The position numbers and the translations under genes are program-made. Under the pieces are notes generated by a model that was given only the letters and a program-made list of their open reading frames with translations, did no database searches and had not been told where the DNA came from. This document shows, piece by piece, positions 19,678-30,199 of a stretch of DNA of 64,000 nt (within the stretch, counting starts at the first letter, position 1; each line of letters starts with the position of its first letter). The stretch spans positions 224,001 to 288,000 of the forward strand of contig CAVVUN010000003.1 of the NCBI GenBank assembly GCA_963751455.1, given 5' to 3'. The DNA comes from Nitrospirota bacterium (GTDB lineage Bacteria > Nitrospirota > UBA9217).

Positions 19678-21693
19678 ATGGAAAATATCGGCGTTTTTGG
19701 ATATGTGATTATCATCATTCTTATTATGGCCGGGTGGAGGCATTATTCCATCCTCGGCATAAATAGAAATCTTTTGAGGACAAAAGAGCAGCTGAAGCAA
19801 AGCGAGTATTTTTCGAAGACCATTATCGAAACAGAGCCGGAATGTGTAAAGATAATAGATGCGGAGGGAAAACTGATTTTCATGAACAGGGCCGGTTTGG
19901 ACATGATCGAGGCTGAATCGCTCGAACAGGTCAAGGGGCAATGCGTTTGTCCCCTTGTTACCTCGGAATACCGCGACGACTTCATGAAGCTGACAAGGGA
20001 AGTATGCCGCGGCGGGTCGGGAATATTGACCTTCGAGATGGTCGGGTTGAAGGGTAGACGCCTGTGGCTCGAAACGCGCGCGGTCCCGTTCCGTAATGAA
20101 AAGGATGAAATCACGGCCTTACTCGGCATAACGCGCGACATCACGGAGAAGAAAAAAGCGGAAGAAGCAATAGCTGCCGAAAAAGAGCGTTTGGCCGTGA
20201 CCTTGAGAAGCATCGGCGACGGGGTCATCGTCACGGACATCGAGGGCAACATCACGCTCATTAATAAAGTGAGTGAACAACTCACCGGCTGGACAAACGA
20301 AGAGGCCCTGGGAAAGCCCCTTGCAGAGGTGTTTAACATCATCAACGAAACCACGAAAGAAAAATGCGAGAACCCCGTGGAAAAGGTCCTCAAATCAGGA
20401 AAGATCGTGGGTTTGGCCAACCATACTGCTCTCATACAAAAAGACGGGACCGAGATAATCATTGCAGACAGCGCCGCGCCGATTAAGGACAGACAAAGCA
20501 AGACCATCGGAATAGTTCTCGTGTTTCGGGATATCACCGCACAATACCGGATGGAACAGGAGATGCAAAAGATACAGAAGCTCGAATCACTCGGGCTGCT
20601 TGCCGGCGGACTGGCGCATGATTTCAATAACCTGCTTACCTCTATCCTGGGAAACGTCAGTCTGTTAAAGAAGCAGCTTGGTGCTGAACACAAATCGTTC
20701 AGCAGGCTGTCCGACGCGGAAAAAGCGGCTAAAATGGCTGCCGACCTGACTCAGCAGCTGCTTACGTTTGCCAAGGGCGGCGCTCCGGTAAAGAAACCCG
20801 CATCCATACTTGAGATTGCCAGCGAAGCTTGCGCGTTTGCGATGTCAGGCTCCAATATCAAATGCTTTCACACGACGCCTGAGGCCCTATGGAGTGTCGG
20901 GGTTGACCGGGGCCAGATAAGCCAGGTGTTCAATAATTTAATTATCAATTCCATCCATGCCATGCCGAACGGGGGAGCAGTTCATGTAGATTTTGAAAAC
21001 GTGGCCGTCCCGACGAATAATATTGCTTCTCTCAAAGCAGGAAATTATGTAAAAATCACATTCCGCGATGAAGGAAAAGGCATACCGGAAAAAATATTGG
21101 CTAAAATATTTGAGCCGTATTTCACGACAAAGGAGGGCGGGACCGGGTTGGGTCTTGCCACGGTTTTATCCATTATCAATCGGCATGAAGGAAATATTTC
21201 CGTTGAATCAAAAGCGGGAGCCGGCACAATCTTCACATTATACATTCCCGCATTAGGCGACGCCCTGTCCCCCGCTTCCCCGGAACAGAAGACGGCTCAG
21301 ACCGGCCAGGGAAGAATCCTTATCATGGATGATGAGGAATTGGTAAGAAATGTTGCCGGCTATATTTTAAACGATCTTGGTTATGAGGTGGCATATGCCA
21401 GGGACGGCAAAGAGGCCATAGAAGCATACCTGAAAGCAAAGGAAGAACAAAAATCTTTCGATGTCGTCATCATGGATTTGACCATTCCCGGCGGCATGGG
21501 AGGCAAGGACGCCATCAAGAACCTTCAAGCAATGGCTCCGGATGCAAAGGTCATCGTATCCAGCGGCTATTCAAGGGACCCCATAATGGCTGACTATAAA
21601 AATTACGGTTTCTGCGGAGTGGTCTGCAAACCGTATGAGGCCGGTGAGATCAGCGAGGAGATTGCAAAGGTGATGAAAGGAAAAACAAGTTAG
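19678..21693 (+). CDS. Hybrid PAS-PAS histidine kinase with receiver
   Basis: Two PAS/PAC, AHDFNNLL H-box, NLIINS, FTTK..GTGLGL, C-terminal ILIMDDE receiver. Confidence 0.95.
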   Translation: MENIGVFGYVIIIILIMAGWRHYSILGINRNLLRTKEQLKQSEYFSKTIIETEPECVKIIDAEGKLIFMNRAGLDMIEAESLEQVKGQCVCPLVTSEYRDDFMKLTREVCRGGSGILTFEMVGLKGRRLWLETRAVPFRNEKDEITALLGITRDITEKKKAEEAIAAEKERLAVTLRSIGDGVIVTDIEGNITLINKVSEQLTGWTNEEALGKPLAEVFNIINETTKEKCENPVEKVLKSGKIVGLANHTALIQKDGTEIIIADSAAPIKDRQSKTIGIVLVFRDITAQYRMEQEMQKIQKLESLGLLAGGLAHDFNNLLTSILGNVSLLKKQLGAEHKSFSRLSDAEKAAKMAADLTQQLLTFAKGGAPVKKPASILEIASEACAFAMSGSNIKCFHTTPEALWSVGVDRGQISQVFNNLIINSIHAMPNGGAVHVDFENVAVPTNNIASLKAGNYVKITFRDEGKGIPEKILAKIFEPYFTTKEGGTGLGLATVLSIINRHEGNISVESKAGAGTIFTLYIPALGDALSPASPEQKTAQTGQGRILIMDDEELVRNVAGYILNDLGYEVAYARDGKEAIEAYLKAKEEQKSFDVVIMDLTIPGGMGGKDAIKNLQAMAPDAKVIVSSGYSRDPIMADYKNYGFCGVVCKPYEAGEISEEIAKVMKGKTS

Positions 21694-21869
21694 AAGGCGG
21701 AATTAAGAAGTAAAAGATCATTTTCATACCAAGTAAGAATTAAGAAATTGCGAATTAGGGTTATCAAATCCCAAAAAACTGCTGCCACCACGAGGCAGGA
21801 ATCTTTATATGTCGCTTGATGACTTTTTGGCACTGTCTCAGGCCTATTGGTTCGTTGGTTTTTATCTTT

Positions 21870-22135
21870 TTGCTTTTCCAACCCCCCTGCATCCCGCCTG
21901 CACCCAACGACTTCGAGTGTGCAGCGCGAGAGTAGGGCGTGAGCAGCGTCCACGCTTTACATGACCAGGATTCGCGTCGGGAAATCACGAAGCGTGCATG
22001 CGCGTGCGAAGCTCAGCGCAAAGGACAGCAATGCTAAACAAGTAAAGCTGAAGATACTCTGTCATGTCTGCGCGGCGATGAGAACGGCGATGCAGAAATA
22101 AACAAGGATCTTGCACTTCATGGCATGAAGTCCAC
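21870..22135 (-). repeat. Family A repeat, full copy
   Basis: CCCCTGCATCCCGCCTGCACCCAACGACTTCGAGT...CATGTCTGCGCGGC...ACTTCATGGCATGAAGT. Confidence 0.85.
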
Positions 22136-22225
22136 ATCTTTGTTTTTTTAGGCGTTCATCCGTTCAAATGCAAAATTAAAAACAGCTGCAGATGCTTTAG
22201 ATTTGAAATTATGAAGTATGCTGAC

Positions 22226-22732
22226 ATGAAATTAGACTTGGCCCTTAAGGGGTTTTTCCTCGCAGCAGCCGTATTGCTGTTTCCGCTGTTTGCATCTGCA
22301 GCCGGCACGGAAGCATTTCTTGGAACCTGGGAATATCGGCAGCGGGCCGGAAAGGGGTATGACTCCGAGGGAGAAAAGCTTGAACTCCGGAGCAAAGGAG
22401 GAACGCTTACCGGGGTTTATTTCGGATTGGAAAGAGAGGGAGAGCATGGTCTTTTTTACACCGCCGTGGAGATAAAAGACCTCAAGGTGGAACAGGAGCG
22501 GATTTTTTTTACAATTCCGGACCGGCACTTGTTTTCGGACCGGCCTGAAAGCCTGAAAGAGGCGAAGCTGAATGAATCGAAATCGAGCGGTTATACGCGC
22601 GATGAATTGAAAATGCAGGGGCAGTTGAAAGACGGGAGCTTAATGGTTGCCTGCAGTTCTGATTTAAATACCTGTCCGGACAAGGTGATGGAATTCCGGA
22701 AGAGCAAATGGGATAAGAAAACTGAACGCTGA
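22226..22732 (+). CDS. Secreted hypothetical protein
   Basis: Signal peptide ending ASA; FLGTW beta-rich start. Confidence 0.65.
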   Translation: MKLDLALKGFFLAAAVLLFPLFASAAGTEAFLGTWEYRQRAGKGYDSEGEKLELRSKGGTLTGVYFGLEREGEHGLFYTAVEIKDLKVEQERIFFTIPDRHLFSDRPESLKEAKLNESKSSGYTRDELKMQGQLKDGSLMVACSSDLNTCPDKVMEFRKSKWDKKTER

Positions 22733-22844
22733 GCTTCTTCTCTGACACTCTGACACTGAATTGCTTATCTGGTAGCTGAACGCTGATAGCTTCTTCTCTG
22801 ACACTCTGACACGCTGACACTTTCTCGCCGTGGAGGTGAAACGC

Positions 22845-23150
22845 ATGGTACGAATTCTATTCGCATTAGTAGTCACTGCGCTGATGATCCGTCCTTCCCT
22901 GAGCTATGGGGAGAATCCCGAGGCCCCGTCGAACATCGAAAATGCAGCGCAGGAGATTATGTCCGGTCTGTCGGCTGATGAAGCAAAGGAACTTGCTGAC
23001 ATCGAGAAACAGGAGATGGAAGCATCTGAGGGAAAGTCTGGGAACGATTCAGGCCAGAAGAATGCTGACATCCCGCCGGAAAACAGTAATGCCCCGGCAC
23101 CCGTTCAACCATCTGATGAAACACAGGACAAGCAGCTGAAGGACCCATAA
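22845..23150 (+). CDS. Secreted acidic low-complexity protein
   Basis: SD GGAGGTG; signal peptide. Confidence 0.6.
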   Translation: MVRILFALVVTALMIRPSLSYGENPEAPSNIENAAQEIMSGLSADEAKELADIEKQEMEASEGKSGNDSGQKNADIPPENSNAPAPVQPSDETQDKQLKDP

Positions 23151-23217
23151 AAGCAAGGATAGGAGGCAGATCCGTAGACTGCAAAATAAGCTTTGACTTA
23201 TTATTAGCTAAAACTTA

Positions 23218-23525
23218 CAGGCGGCAGGAGCCCGGTTGAGGAGTTTCTCCTTGCTTTGCCCGAGGAGACGCGCCTTGAAATAGCTGATGCGATAGTCCTT
23301 CTTGAGAGTGGGCATAGACTAGAAATGCCGCTGAGCCGGCATCTTTCCGGTATTCGTCCCGGCCTGCATGAGCTTCGAATACGAGACCGGGCGGGTCAAG
23401 TGAAGGTAATTTATTACATCAAGAAAGGTGATGCCATCTATTTGGTTCATGCATTTCGTAAAAAGACTCGAACGATTCCCCCGCGGGAACTGGATATCAT
23501 CAATAAAAGACTGAAGGAGATTTGA
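23218..23525 (+). pseudogene. RelE/HigB (Gp49-like) toxin, 5'-truncated
   Basis: GGRSPVEEFL...GLHELRIR...IYLVHAFRKKT..P..EL; no in-frame start upstream (TAG), joined directly to a TTGACT promoter at 23193. Confidence 0.7.
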
Positions 23526-23527
23526 TC

Positions 23528-23808
23528 ATGGCTTGGAAGAAATTTCCATTGAGGAGTTGGCAAAGTCCCTTGGGGCTAATGTTACCGAGATCCGGGAAAA
23601 ACAGCGTCTCGTCGGATTGATTGTTAAGACCCGAAAAGCGAAGAAGCTGTCCCAGGCTGCGCTTGCCAAAAAACTCGGAATCAGCCAGGCGAGAATCGCA
23701 CAGATAGAGTCCGGGGTCGGCTCAGCGAAGGTCACCTTTGACGTGCTTTTCAACATGCTTGTTGCCCTGGGGTACGATTATCGAGTCGTGACGAAAAAAG
23801 CGGCCTGA
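23528..23808 (+). CDS. XRE/HTH antitoxin (HigA-like)
   Basis: RKAKKLSQAALAKKLGISQARIAQIESG; ATG 23528 needs one extra A (MAWKK-ISIEE). Confidence 0.85.
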
Positions 23809-23980
23809 TGCTGACTTGAAGACCGACACGGTACAAAGCGCTATGAGCAGCATCAAAAAAACATGCCAGTTACCCCCAGGACCTTGCTGATATTGAAGCC
23901 CTGAAAGCCGGCGCCGGAGATACGTCAGCCGGGAGGGGGCATTCGTCTTTGCGGCCCCGGCTTAATCCGGGAGTTACGGT

Positions 23981-24276
23981 ATGAATTCTGTACAGATCGT
24001 TGATGACCGCAGCAGAGAAACGTCAAAACATGCGAAGAACGGCGCCCTGCGCGTAGAGCATAAAAGCATTCTGAGCAGGCGCAGCTACCGGAGTATTCTC
24101 AGCTATGCCAGCACCGGGTCGATCCTGAGCATTGGAGCGCGGGATGTATTCTGAGCATTGGAAGCGCAGGAAGCATCCTGAGTTTCCTGAGCGCCGGGAG
24201 TATCCTCTCGCTGCTTGCCGCAGGCAGTATTCTGAGTTTTCTTCGCTATCGTTCGATCAGTAATAAGCCTCGTTGA
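23981..24276 (+). CDS. Small SILS 9-residue-repeat protein, frameshift ~24136 (absent from ORF track)
   Basis: SD GGAG; ...SILSRRSYR SILSYASTG SILSIG/SAG CILSIGSAG SILSFLSAG SILSLLAAG SILSFL; 27-bp periodicity. Confidence 0.65.
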
Positions 24277-24346
24277 CCTGTCGGACTGACAATGCTCTTG
24301 CAGTCCAGGACAAAACATGCCTCCCCTCCGGGGCCTTCGGCTGTGT

Positions 24347-25753
24347 TTAGCGAGCCAGCACCCCGCCATGCGCCATGCCCTTTGCGCTCTGCTCCTCCAT
24401 TCCGCAATCCGCAATAGATCGGCCTTCCTCCGCGTCTCCCTGTCGACTTACGTCTCGTGTCTGCATCATCGTCACCGCGTCCGACTTTCCCCTCTCCGCG
24501 TCTAATGATCTCCCTCTTTCTTTTACATTTGCAATTTGCACTTTGACATTTGCAATGCTTTGGTTCTCCCCGTCCCCCCGTCTCGAGTCTCCGCGTCTGT
24601 TCTTCCCCTGTCCCCTACCACGTACTGCCTTGTTCGCTCTGGAGATCTTTCTTCGATTGAGCCCGATCAGCAGCAGCTTTTCCGCAGCCGCAGTTTTACT
24701 ACCGAACATCCCGTCGCAGGTCAAAGGATTCGTGAACCAGTGGAATGTCGATTCGTGCAATATGCGGTCCGTCATTGTGGTGCAAAGGGACCCGCAGGGC
24801 GGCAGCTTTTCCGCAAACGCTGTTGCCGTCTGCCCGGACCAATTGCCTGCGCTCAGGTATGCTTTTTTCTTTCCCTCCGGAATTTTCAGGAACCAGTATC
24901 CGCCGGGAGGGGTAAAGAAACCGCTCATTTCAGGATTCAACGACCTGATCTTCGCGTAGGTGGTCCCGATAGCTATTGCAAGCGAGCGCAGATCAGTGGC
25001 AGCCGGGACGGCTACTAAGTCAAAACAGATCGGCCGGGGAGGGGGTACGCGGAACCCATATGCAGCGGGATCTCTCGCGATAAGGACGACTGCCATGAAC
25101 TTGGGTACGAAGTCGCTGGTTTCCCTGGACAAGCTGCCCGATTCCCTCAGGTCCCAGAAATCGTTTGAACCGGTGCTCCGTATTGCAGCCCGCACGGCCG
25201 TCAGCCCAGCATTATACGCGGACAGCACGAGCGGCCAGGAACCGAGCCGGTCGTGGAGAAACCGGAAGTGGCGGGCAGCGGCGCGGGTCGATTTTATCAG
25301 GTCCCTTCGCTCGTCCACCCATTGGTCTCCTCTGAGCCGGTATTGACGGGCAGTATCCTGCATCAACTGCCAAAGCCCGACCGCATTCGCACGTGACACG
25401 GCACTTGGATCAAACCCGCTTTCGATCATTGCCACGTATGCCAGCTCTTCAGGAAGGTTCTCGTCTCTGAATATTTCCTGCATAACATGAAGATACGATG
25501 CGGAATTGTTAAACCATTTATGCAGCCCCATTTTCCCGCTGGTGATGAAATATTCGATATAGGACTCTACGCTGTGGTTCAACACGATGGGAATAGGACG
25601 AGTCTCTTCGATCGGCTGGGAAGACGCTGCCGGCAGATAAGCAGACGGTATCGGGTCCGGCCGGGTCACAAGTTCACCATAAACAGCCGCATGCCTGAAA
25701 CCGGAGAATATAATAAAGCCGGCAAGCAGAAAGATTGCCTTTTGTCCTGTCAT
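24347..25753 (-). CDS. mltD: MltD-like lytic transglycosylase with LysM
   Basis: LPEELAYVAMIESGF, AVGLWQ, VDERRD..KST.AA, AYNAG, ETSDFVPKF; LNP LysM; C-terminal tail probably non-conserved read-through. Confidence 0.85.
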   Translation of the reverse strand: MTGQKAIFLLAGFIIFSGFRHAAVYGELVTRPDPIPSAYLPAASSQPIEETRPIPIVLNHSVESYIEYFITSGKMGLHKWFNNSASYLHVMQEIFRDENLPEELAYVAMIESGFDPSAVSRANAVGLWQLMQDTARQYRLRGDQWVDERRDLIKSTRAAARHFRFLHDRLGSWPLVLSAYNAGLTAVRAAIRSTGSNDFWDLRESGSLSRETSDFVPKFMAVVLIARDPAAYGFRVPPPRPICFDLVAVPAATDLRSLAIAIGTTYAKIRSLNPEMSGFFTPPGGYWFLKIPEGKKKAYLSAGNWSGQTATAFAEKLPPCGSLCTTMTDRILHESTFHWFTNPLTCDGMFGSKTAAAEKLLLIGLNRRKISRANKAVRGRGQGKNRRGDSRRGDGENQSIANVKVQIANVKERGRSLDAERGKSDAVTMMQTRDVSRQGDAEEGRSIADCGMEEQSAKGMAHGGVLAR

Positions 25754-26224
25754 GCCCTTCGCCTCCCTTTTGGCTCTCAAACTATACTTCTTTTGTCCTA
25801 TATAAAGTAAAGCGTATGAAAAGTCCAAAGTCAAGGTCGCGTTGGCGACATTTCAAACCCAGGAAATGAATTAATTTCTCTTTGTGAACTTTGCGGTCTC
25901 AGCGTGGCCTGTATCCTGGATCCTGTCCCCTGTCCCCTGTCCCCTGTATTTAAGAAGTACCCTGTTCCCTACCCTGTCGCCTGACTCCTGCAACATAAAA
26001 CAGCCTTTATTTCCGCCCTCCTCTGTGCTATTCTGCATCAGCTCATCAATGCCCGCCTCGTTGCGCTAAATCCTTACCTCTGTGGCAGAAGCTTTCTCTG
26101 ATATTGTGACGCTCTGATCGCGAATTGATAGTGACTACTGACTACAGTCTACTGATTTTCTTACTTTATACTTTTTACTTTGTGGAGCTCGGTTCCACCA
26201 GAGTCAAAGTTGCAGAAATTGCTG

Positions 26225-26253
26225 TTGACTAATGGTAACTTATATGTTACTTT
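26225..26253 (+). promoter_or_regulatory. TA promoter with palindromic operator
   Basis: TTGACT -35; GTAAC-TTATAT-GTTAC palindrome at 26235-26250 over the spacer/-10. Confidence 0.6.
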
Positions 26254-26269
26254 TATTGCGGCGTAATAG

Positions 26270-26683
26270 ATGACCAAAAGAAAAGTCGTCGAGTATGTCA
26301 GAAAGAGTACATCTCCGTTTGGAGCGTGGTTTTCCAGGCTGGACGGCCATGCGGCCGCAAAAGTGGTTGTAGCTCTTTACCGGCTCGAGCAGGGGAATTA
26401 TTCAAATGTAAAGGCAATTGGCAAGGGGATCTCGGAGTATAAGATCGATTTCGGTCCTGGTTACCGGATCTACTTCGGACAAGACGGTAATGAGCTTGTA
26501 ATTCTGCTCGGAGGCGGATCAAAAAAGACGCGGCAAAAGGGCATAAAGACGGCCCAGATGCTGTGGGCTGATTATAAAGCAAGGAAAGAAATAGGAGAAC
26601 CACTATGCCAGTTACCCGTAAATTTCGCACAACCATTCTCAGCCGCGCTTCGAATGATCCAAAATTTCGCCGGCAAATGCTGA
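26270..26683 (+). CDS. RelE/HigB-type toxin (HI1419-like)
   Basis: F..W...RLEQGN..K..G.GISEYKIDFGPGYRIYF...VILLGGGSK; C-terminal overlap probably due to an extra A ~26586. Confidence 0.88.
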   Translation: MTKRKVVEYVRKSTSPFGAWFSRLDGHAAAKVVVALYRLEQGNYSNVKAIGKGISEYKIDFGPGYRIYFGQDGNELVILLGGGSKKTRQKGIKTAQMLWADYKARKEIGEPLCQLPVNFAQPFSAALRMIQNFAGKC

Positions 26684-26931
26684 TCGAGGCTGTCAACGAA
26701 CTGCTGACCGGAGACATGGAAGCCGGTAAAGCAATGCTTCGTGATTACATCAACGCAACCATCACATTCCCGGAACTGGCCAAAAAACTCAAAAAAACGG
26801 ACAAGAGCGTGCATCGCATGCTCGGGCCTCGAGGCAATCCCAGGGCAGACAACATTCTCGAGATCATCAAGATCCTTCAGACAAATGAACGGGTCCAGCT
26901 TCGTGTGGACGTGCGTAAGGCAGCGGCATAA
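26605..26931 (+). CDS. HTH antitoxin (HI1420-like)
   Basis: LRDYINATI.F.ELA...KSVHRMLGPRGNP. Confidence 0.85.
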   Translation: MPVTRKFRTTILSRASNDPKFRRQMLIEAVNELLTGDMEAGKAMLRDYINATITFPELAKKLKKTDKSVHRMLGPRGNPRADNILEIIKILQTNERVQLRVDVRKAAA

Positions 26932-27132
26932 GGCAAGCTAAAAGGCGTTGATGCGACGAGGTTCGACAGGAAATCGACAAGACCCGTCGAGCGCCGACAG
27001 GGCCAGAAGCGACAAGAGGCGACAGTCGGTTCTCGGCGGGTTTACGTAGGAGTCGATTCTTGTCTGATCGCGACGGCTGATAGCTATTTCTCCGAAGTTC
27101 AAGACATAAACGTTACGAGGTTTCCTGAATCC

Positions 27133-27747
27133 ATGGACAAAGACGAGCGCTTCAACAGCATCAGCCATATGGCGGGCACTGTCCTGGCCGTCGGAGGCAC
27201 AGCCGCGCTGGTCGTAATGGCCGCGCTCCAGGGGCACCCGTGGAAGATCGTGAGCTTCAGCATCTACGGAGCGACCCTCATCATGCTGTACCTTTCTTCA
27301 ACCCTCTACCACAGCCTTCACGGCGTCAGGCGCGTTTTTCAGAAACTGGACCACAGCGCCATCTACCTGCTGATCGCGGGAAGCTATACGCCGTTCACGC
27401 TCGTTACCCTCCGCAGTGCCCTGGGCTGGACCCTGTTCGGGCTCGTCTGGGGGCTTGCCGTCCTCGGGATCGTGCTGGACCTGGTGCTCAAAGACCGGCG
27501 CCGTATTGTCCCGGTCATCCTCTATCTCCTCATGGGGTGGCTCGTAGTCGGCGCGCTCAAACCCCTGCTCCGCGCCCTGCCCCTGCCCGGCTTCGGATGG
27601 CTGCTGGCCGGCGGCGTGCTCTACACAGTGGGCATCGTGTTCTACGCTATGGATAAGAAGCTGGCCTACAGCCACGGTATCTGGCATTTGTTCGTGCTCG
27701 GCGGGAGCATCGCGCAGTTCATCGCGATCTTCTTTTACGTCCTGTAG
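27133..27747 (+). CDS. Hemolysin III family membrane protein
   Basis: ERFNSISH, STLYH, KLDHSAIYLLIAGSYTPF, HGIWHLFVLGGS. Confidence 0.95.
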   Translation: MDKDERFNSISHMAGTVLAVGGTAALVVMAALQGHPWKIVSFSIYGATLIMLYLSSTLYHSLHGVRRVFQKLDHSAIYLLIAGSYTPFTLVTLRSALGWTLFGLVWGLAVLGIVLDLVLKDRRRIVPVILYLLMGWLVVGALKPLLRALPLPGFGWLLAGGVLYTVGIVFYAMDKKLAYSHGIWHLFVLGGSIAQFIAIFFYVL

Positions 27748-27824
27748 CCGTGGAAGTTGACAGCGGTCGTAAGTAACTTGAGCTGACTTGGCGACTGAGA
27801 GGCGAGGGGGAGACGAGGCGACGT

Positions 27825-27989
27825 ATGGACTCAGAGGCAGAGGCATCGGAAACTCAAACATGGATTGAAGTGGCCCTTCGCTGCTCTTATATCGACCAGG
27901 AGACAGCAGAAAATCTGGATAATAGATACGAACACATTCTGGCTCGATTGGTAGCAATGAGCCGCGCCTCTGAGAATTGGATTCTTTAA
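27825..27989 (+). pseudogene. Four-helix-bundle (23S rRNA IVP family) C-terminal remnant
   Basis: DSEAEASETQTWIEVALRCSYI...YEHILARLVAM...W; N-terminal half missing. Confidence 0.7.
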
Positions 27990-28118
27990 GGGGGACTTAG
28001 CTTTTAATCAGTCGTCGCTGTTCGGTCTCCACGTCACACAGTCGATACTCTGTCAGATTCGGGTAGGATATAGACCTTATAAAGACCTGACCCTGAGCGG
28101 TTTGATTAATAAAATAAT

Positions 28119-28862
28119 ATGGAAAAGAAAATAATATTTAACTTGATGGTTGTCTGCCTGACCGTTTGCATTGCATGTTCCTCTGCATTTGCCGACGGAT
28201 TTGGTGATTGCGGCGGCGATCGTCAGCCCACCAAGGCCGAGAAAGACGCGATACGGGCAGTTGTGAAGACGATACACGGATCTCTCCCCGATCTTCCCAA
28301 AGGCTGGGAAATGATAAAAGTGGAATCGGCAGAGAGCGCAATGCCGTCTCAGGTTTTTGATCGCTGTCCTATCTGGTTCGGGGTTATGGCAGAATACGGT
28401 AATAACGGAAATGCCATCGATCTGGCGAAGAACACGGACGCGGAGCGGCTGGTTGAGACGCTGAAGGAAATGCAGGCCGCGATGATGAAGGGAGACAAGA
28501 AAAAGGCTGAGAGACTGGAAAAGCAATTGGCCGGCGTCGGTGAGAAAGCGGATAATGTCACAGCACTTATTATGTTCCGCGTTAATTCCATATTTTCATC
28601 GAATTTTGACATCAGCAGGGCGAAGCCTATTTTCGTCGAAGGTGCTGCCTACGCTTTTTACAACGATACGCCGGGCGACAAAAAAGTCGGGTTGTATGTG
28701 GGCAGATGGAAACAGGCCAAGGGCAACCTGGTCAATCCGTGGTTGATGAAGGACCGACCCGGGCACGAAGTTCAGCTGGTCGAGATCGTGATCACCGGGG
28801 AGATCGCGCTGGAACTGGCGCGCAGACTGGATGTCAAGCTGCTTGCATCGCTGATAAAGTAA
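28119..28862 (+). CDS. Secreted hypothetical protein
   Basis: Signal peptide ending AFA; flanked by GGGTCAGGTCT sites at 28080 and 28932. Confidence 0.7.
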   Translation: MEKKIIFNLMVVCLTVCIACSSAFADGFGDCGGDRQPTKAEKDAIRAVVKTIHGSLPDLPKGWEMIKVESAESAMPSQVFDRCPIWFGVMAEYGNNGNAIDLAKNTDAERLVETLKEMQAAMMKGDKKKAERLEKQLAGVGEKADNVTALIMFRVNSIFSSNFDISRAKPIFVEGAAYAFYNDTPGDKKVGLYVGRWKQAKGNLVNPWLMKDRPGHEVQLVEIVITGEIALELARRLDVKLLASLIK

Positions 28863-29067
28863 ACAGGAACTCTCCTACCCCTAGACGTGGTTGGCGCGTT
28901 TGTGCGAGACGGGTTTGAATCTTTGGAACTTCTCAGGGTCAGGTCTTTAATGTTTGACTTTGTCTTTTTCCTCTGATATCCTCAGTTTTGAATAATTATT
29001 CAATTCAACATACTCACAATGATAAACTCTGGAGGCGCCCATGGAATACGATAAAGACAAGCCCCCT

Positions 29068-29998
29068 AGGGTCAGGTCTTTAATGTTTGACTTTGCTTTT
29101 TGACTCTGATATTCTCGTTGCATGGCACGACCTCTCCGCATAGAATACGCTGGCGCTGTTTACCACATTACCTCCCGAGGCAACGAAGGAAAGCCTGTTT
29201 TCAGGAGCGACCAGGACCGGATCAATTTCCTGAACACGCTTCAGCATGTCAATAAGCGCTACAATTGGATCTGCCATGCCTACTGCCTGATGGATAATCA
29301 CTATCATCTTTTGGTAGAAACGCCCGACGGCAATCTCGCCATAGGCATGCGCCAGTTAAACGGGGTATATACGCAGCTCTTCAACAAACTCCATGGCAGG
29401 GCTGGTCATCTGTTCCAGGGAAGATATAAGGCGATTCTTATTCAAAAAGACAGTCATCTCCTTGAAGTATGCAGGTATGTCGTGTTAAATCCCGTACGAG
29501 CAAAGATGGTAAATATACCGGAGGCATGGAAGTGGAGCAGCTACAAGGCAACTACCGGGAGGGAATCACCGTATCCCTGCCTTACCATAGACTGGGTCCT
29601 GGGTCAGTTCAGCGGAAAAAGGGCCATTGCGGAGAAAAAATACAAGGACTTCGTTCAATGGGGGATCGGTCAGAAAACGATATGGACTGAAGTGCGCGGC
29701 CAGGCAATCCTGGGCGAGGAAGAATTCGCGAATAAAATGGTCGATCATCTCAAAAAACACAAAAACGTGCCCGAGATACCGCGAAGCCAGCGCTACGCTA
29801 ACAGGCCGGGACTCGATAAGATCTTTTCTGCAAAGGTTCTTAAGGACAGGCTAAAGCGAGATCGGAAGATCGCCGAGGCAGTCGAGAAACACGGATATAC
29901 CCAGCGGGCAATTGCCAAACATCTCGATATGCACTACTCTTATATAAGTCAGATTTTGAGTGAGCGTGAGCAAACATAAATATTAAAGACCTGACCCT
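29068..29998 (+). mobile_element. RAYT/Y1 transposase unit bounded by 17-bp inverted repeats
   Basis: AGGGTCAGGTCTTTAAT (29068) and ATTAAAGACCTGACCCT (29982-29998). Confidence 0.75.
29122..29979 (+). CDS. REP-associated tyrosine transposase (Y1 HUH) with C-terminal HTH
   Basis: MARPLRIE..YHITSRGN, AYCLMDNHYHLL (HUH), GHLFQGRYK, RYVVLNPVRA, WSSY. Confidence 0.92.
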   Translation: MARPLRIEYAGAVYHITSRGNEGKPVFRSDQDRINFLNTLQHVNKRYNWICHAYCLMDNHYHLLVETPDGNLAIGMRQLNGVYTQLFNKLHGRAGHLFQGRYKAILIQKDSHLLEVCRYVVLNPVRAKMVNIPEAWKWSSYKATTGRESPYPCLTIDWVLGQFSGKRAIAEKKYKDFVQWGIGQKTIWTEVRGQAILGEEEFANKMVDHLKKHKNVPEIPRSQRYANRPGLDKIFSAKVLKDRLKRDRKIAEAVEKHGYTQRAIAKHLDMHYSYISQILSEREQT

Positions 29999-30199
29999 CA
30001 ATGCTTCCACTCCCGCGACAGGTGGGACCACGCCTGCTGCCCGATGAACAAACTCTTCACGACGCAGGATCTCATCGACAAGAGCAAACGATGCAAGAAA
30101 AGCATTGATGCAGTTGCAGGATATAGGTATACTGAGCAGCGGATAGCAGCTTTTGTCTGATTGAGAGGATATTCGGCAGGGAAAAGAAAGGGATGCGTA

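Noticed and set aside
24060-24240. 27-bp periodic repeats as a CRISPR array
   Set aside because: No unique spacers or cas genes; the periodicity is explained by SILS coding repeats
28080-29998. Integron attC cassettes
   Set aside because: No integrase and no RYYYAAC/GTTRRRY cores; the sites relate to the RAYT instead
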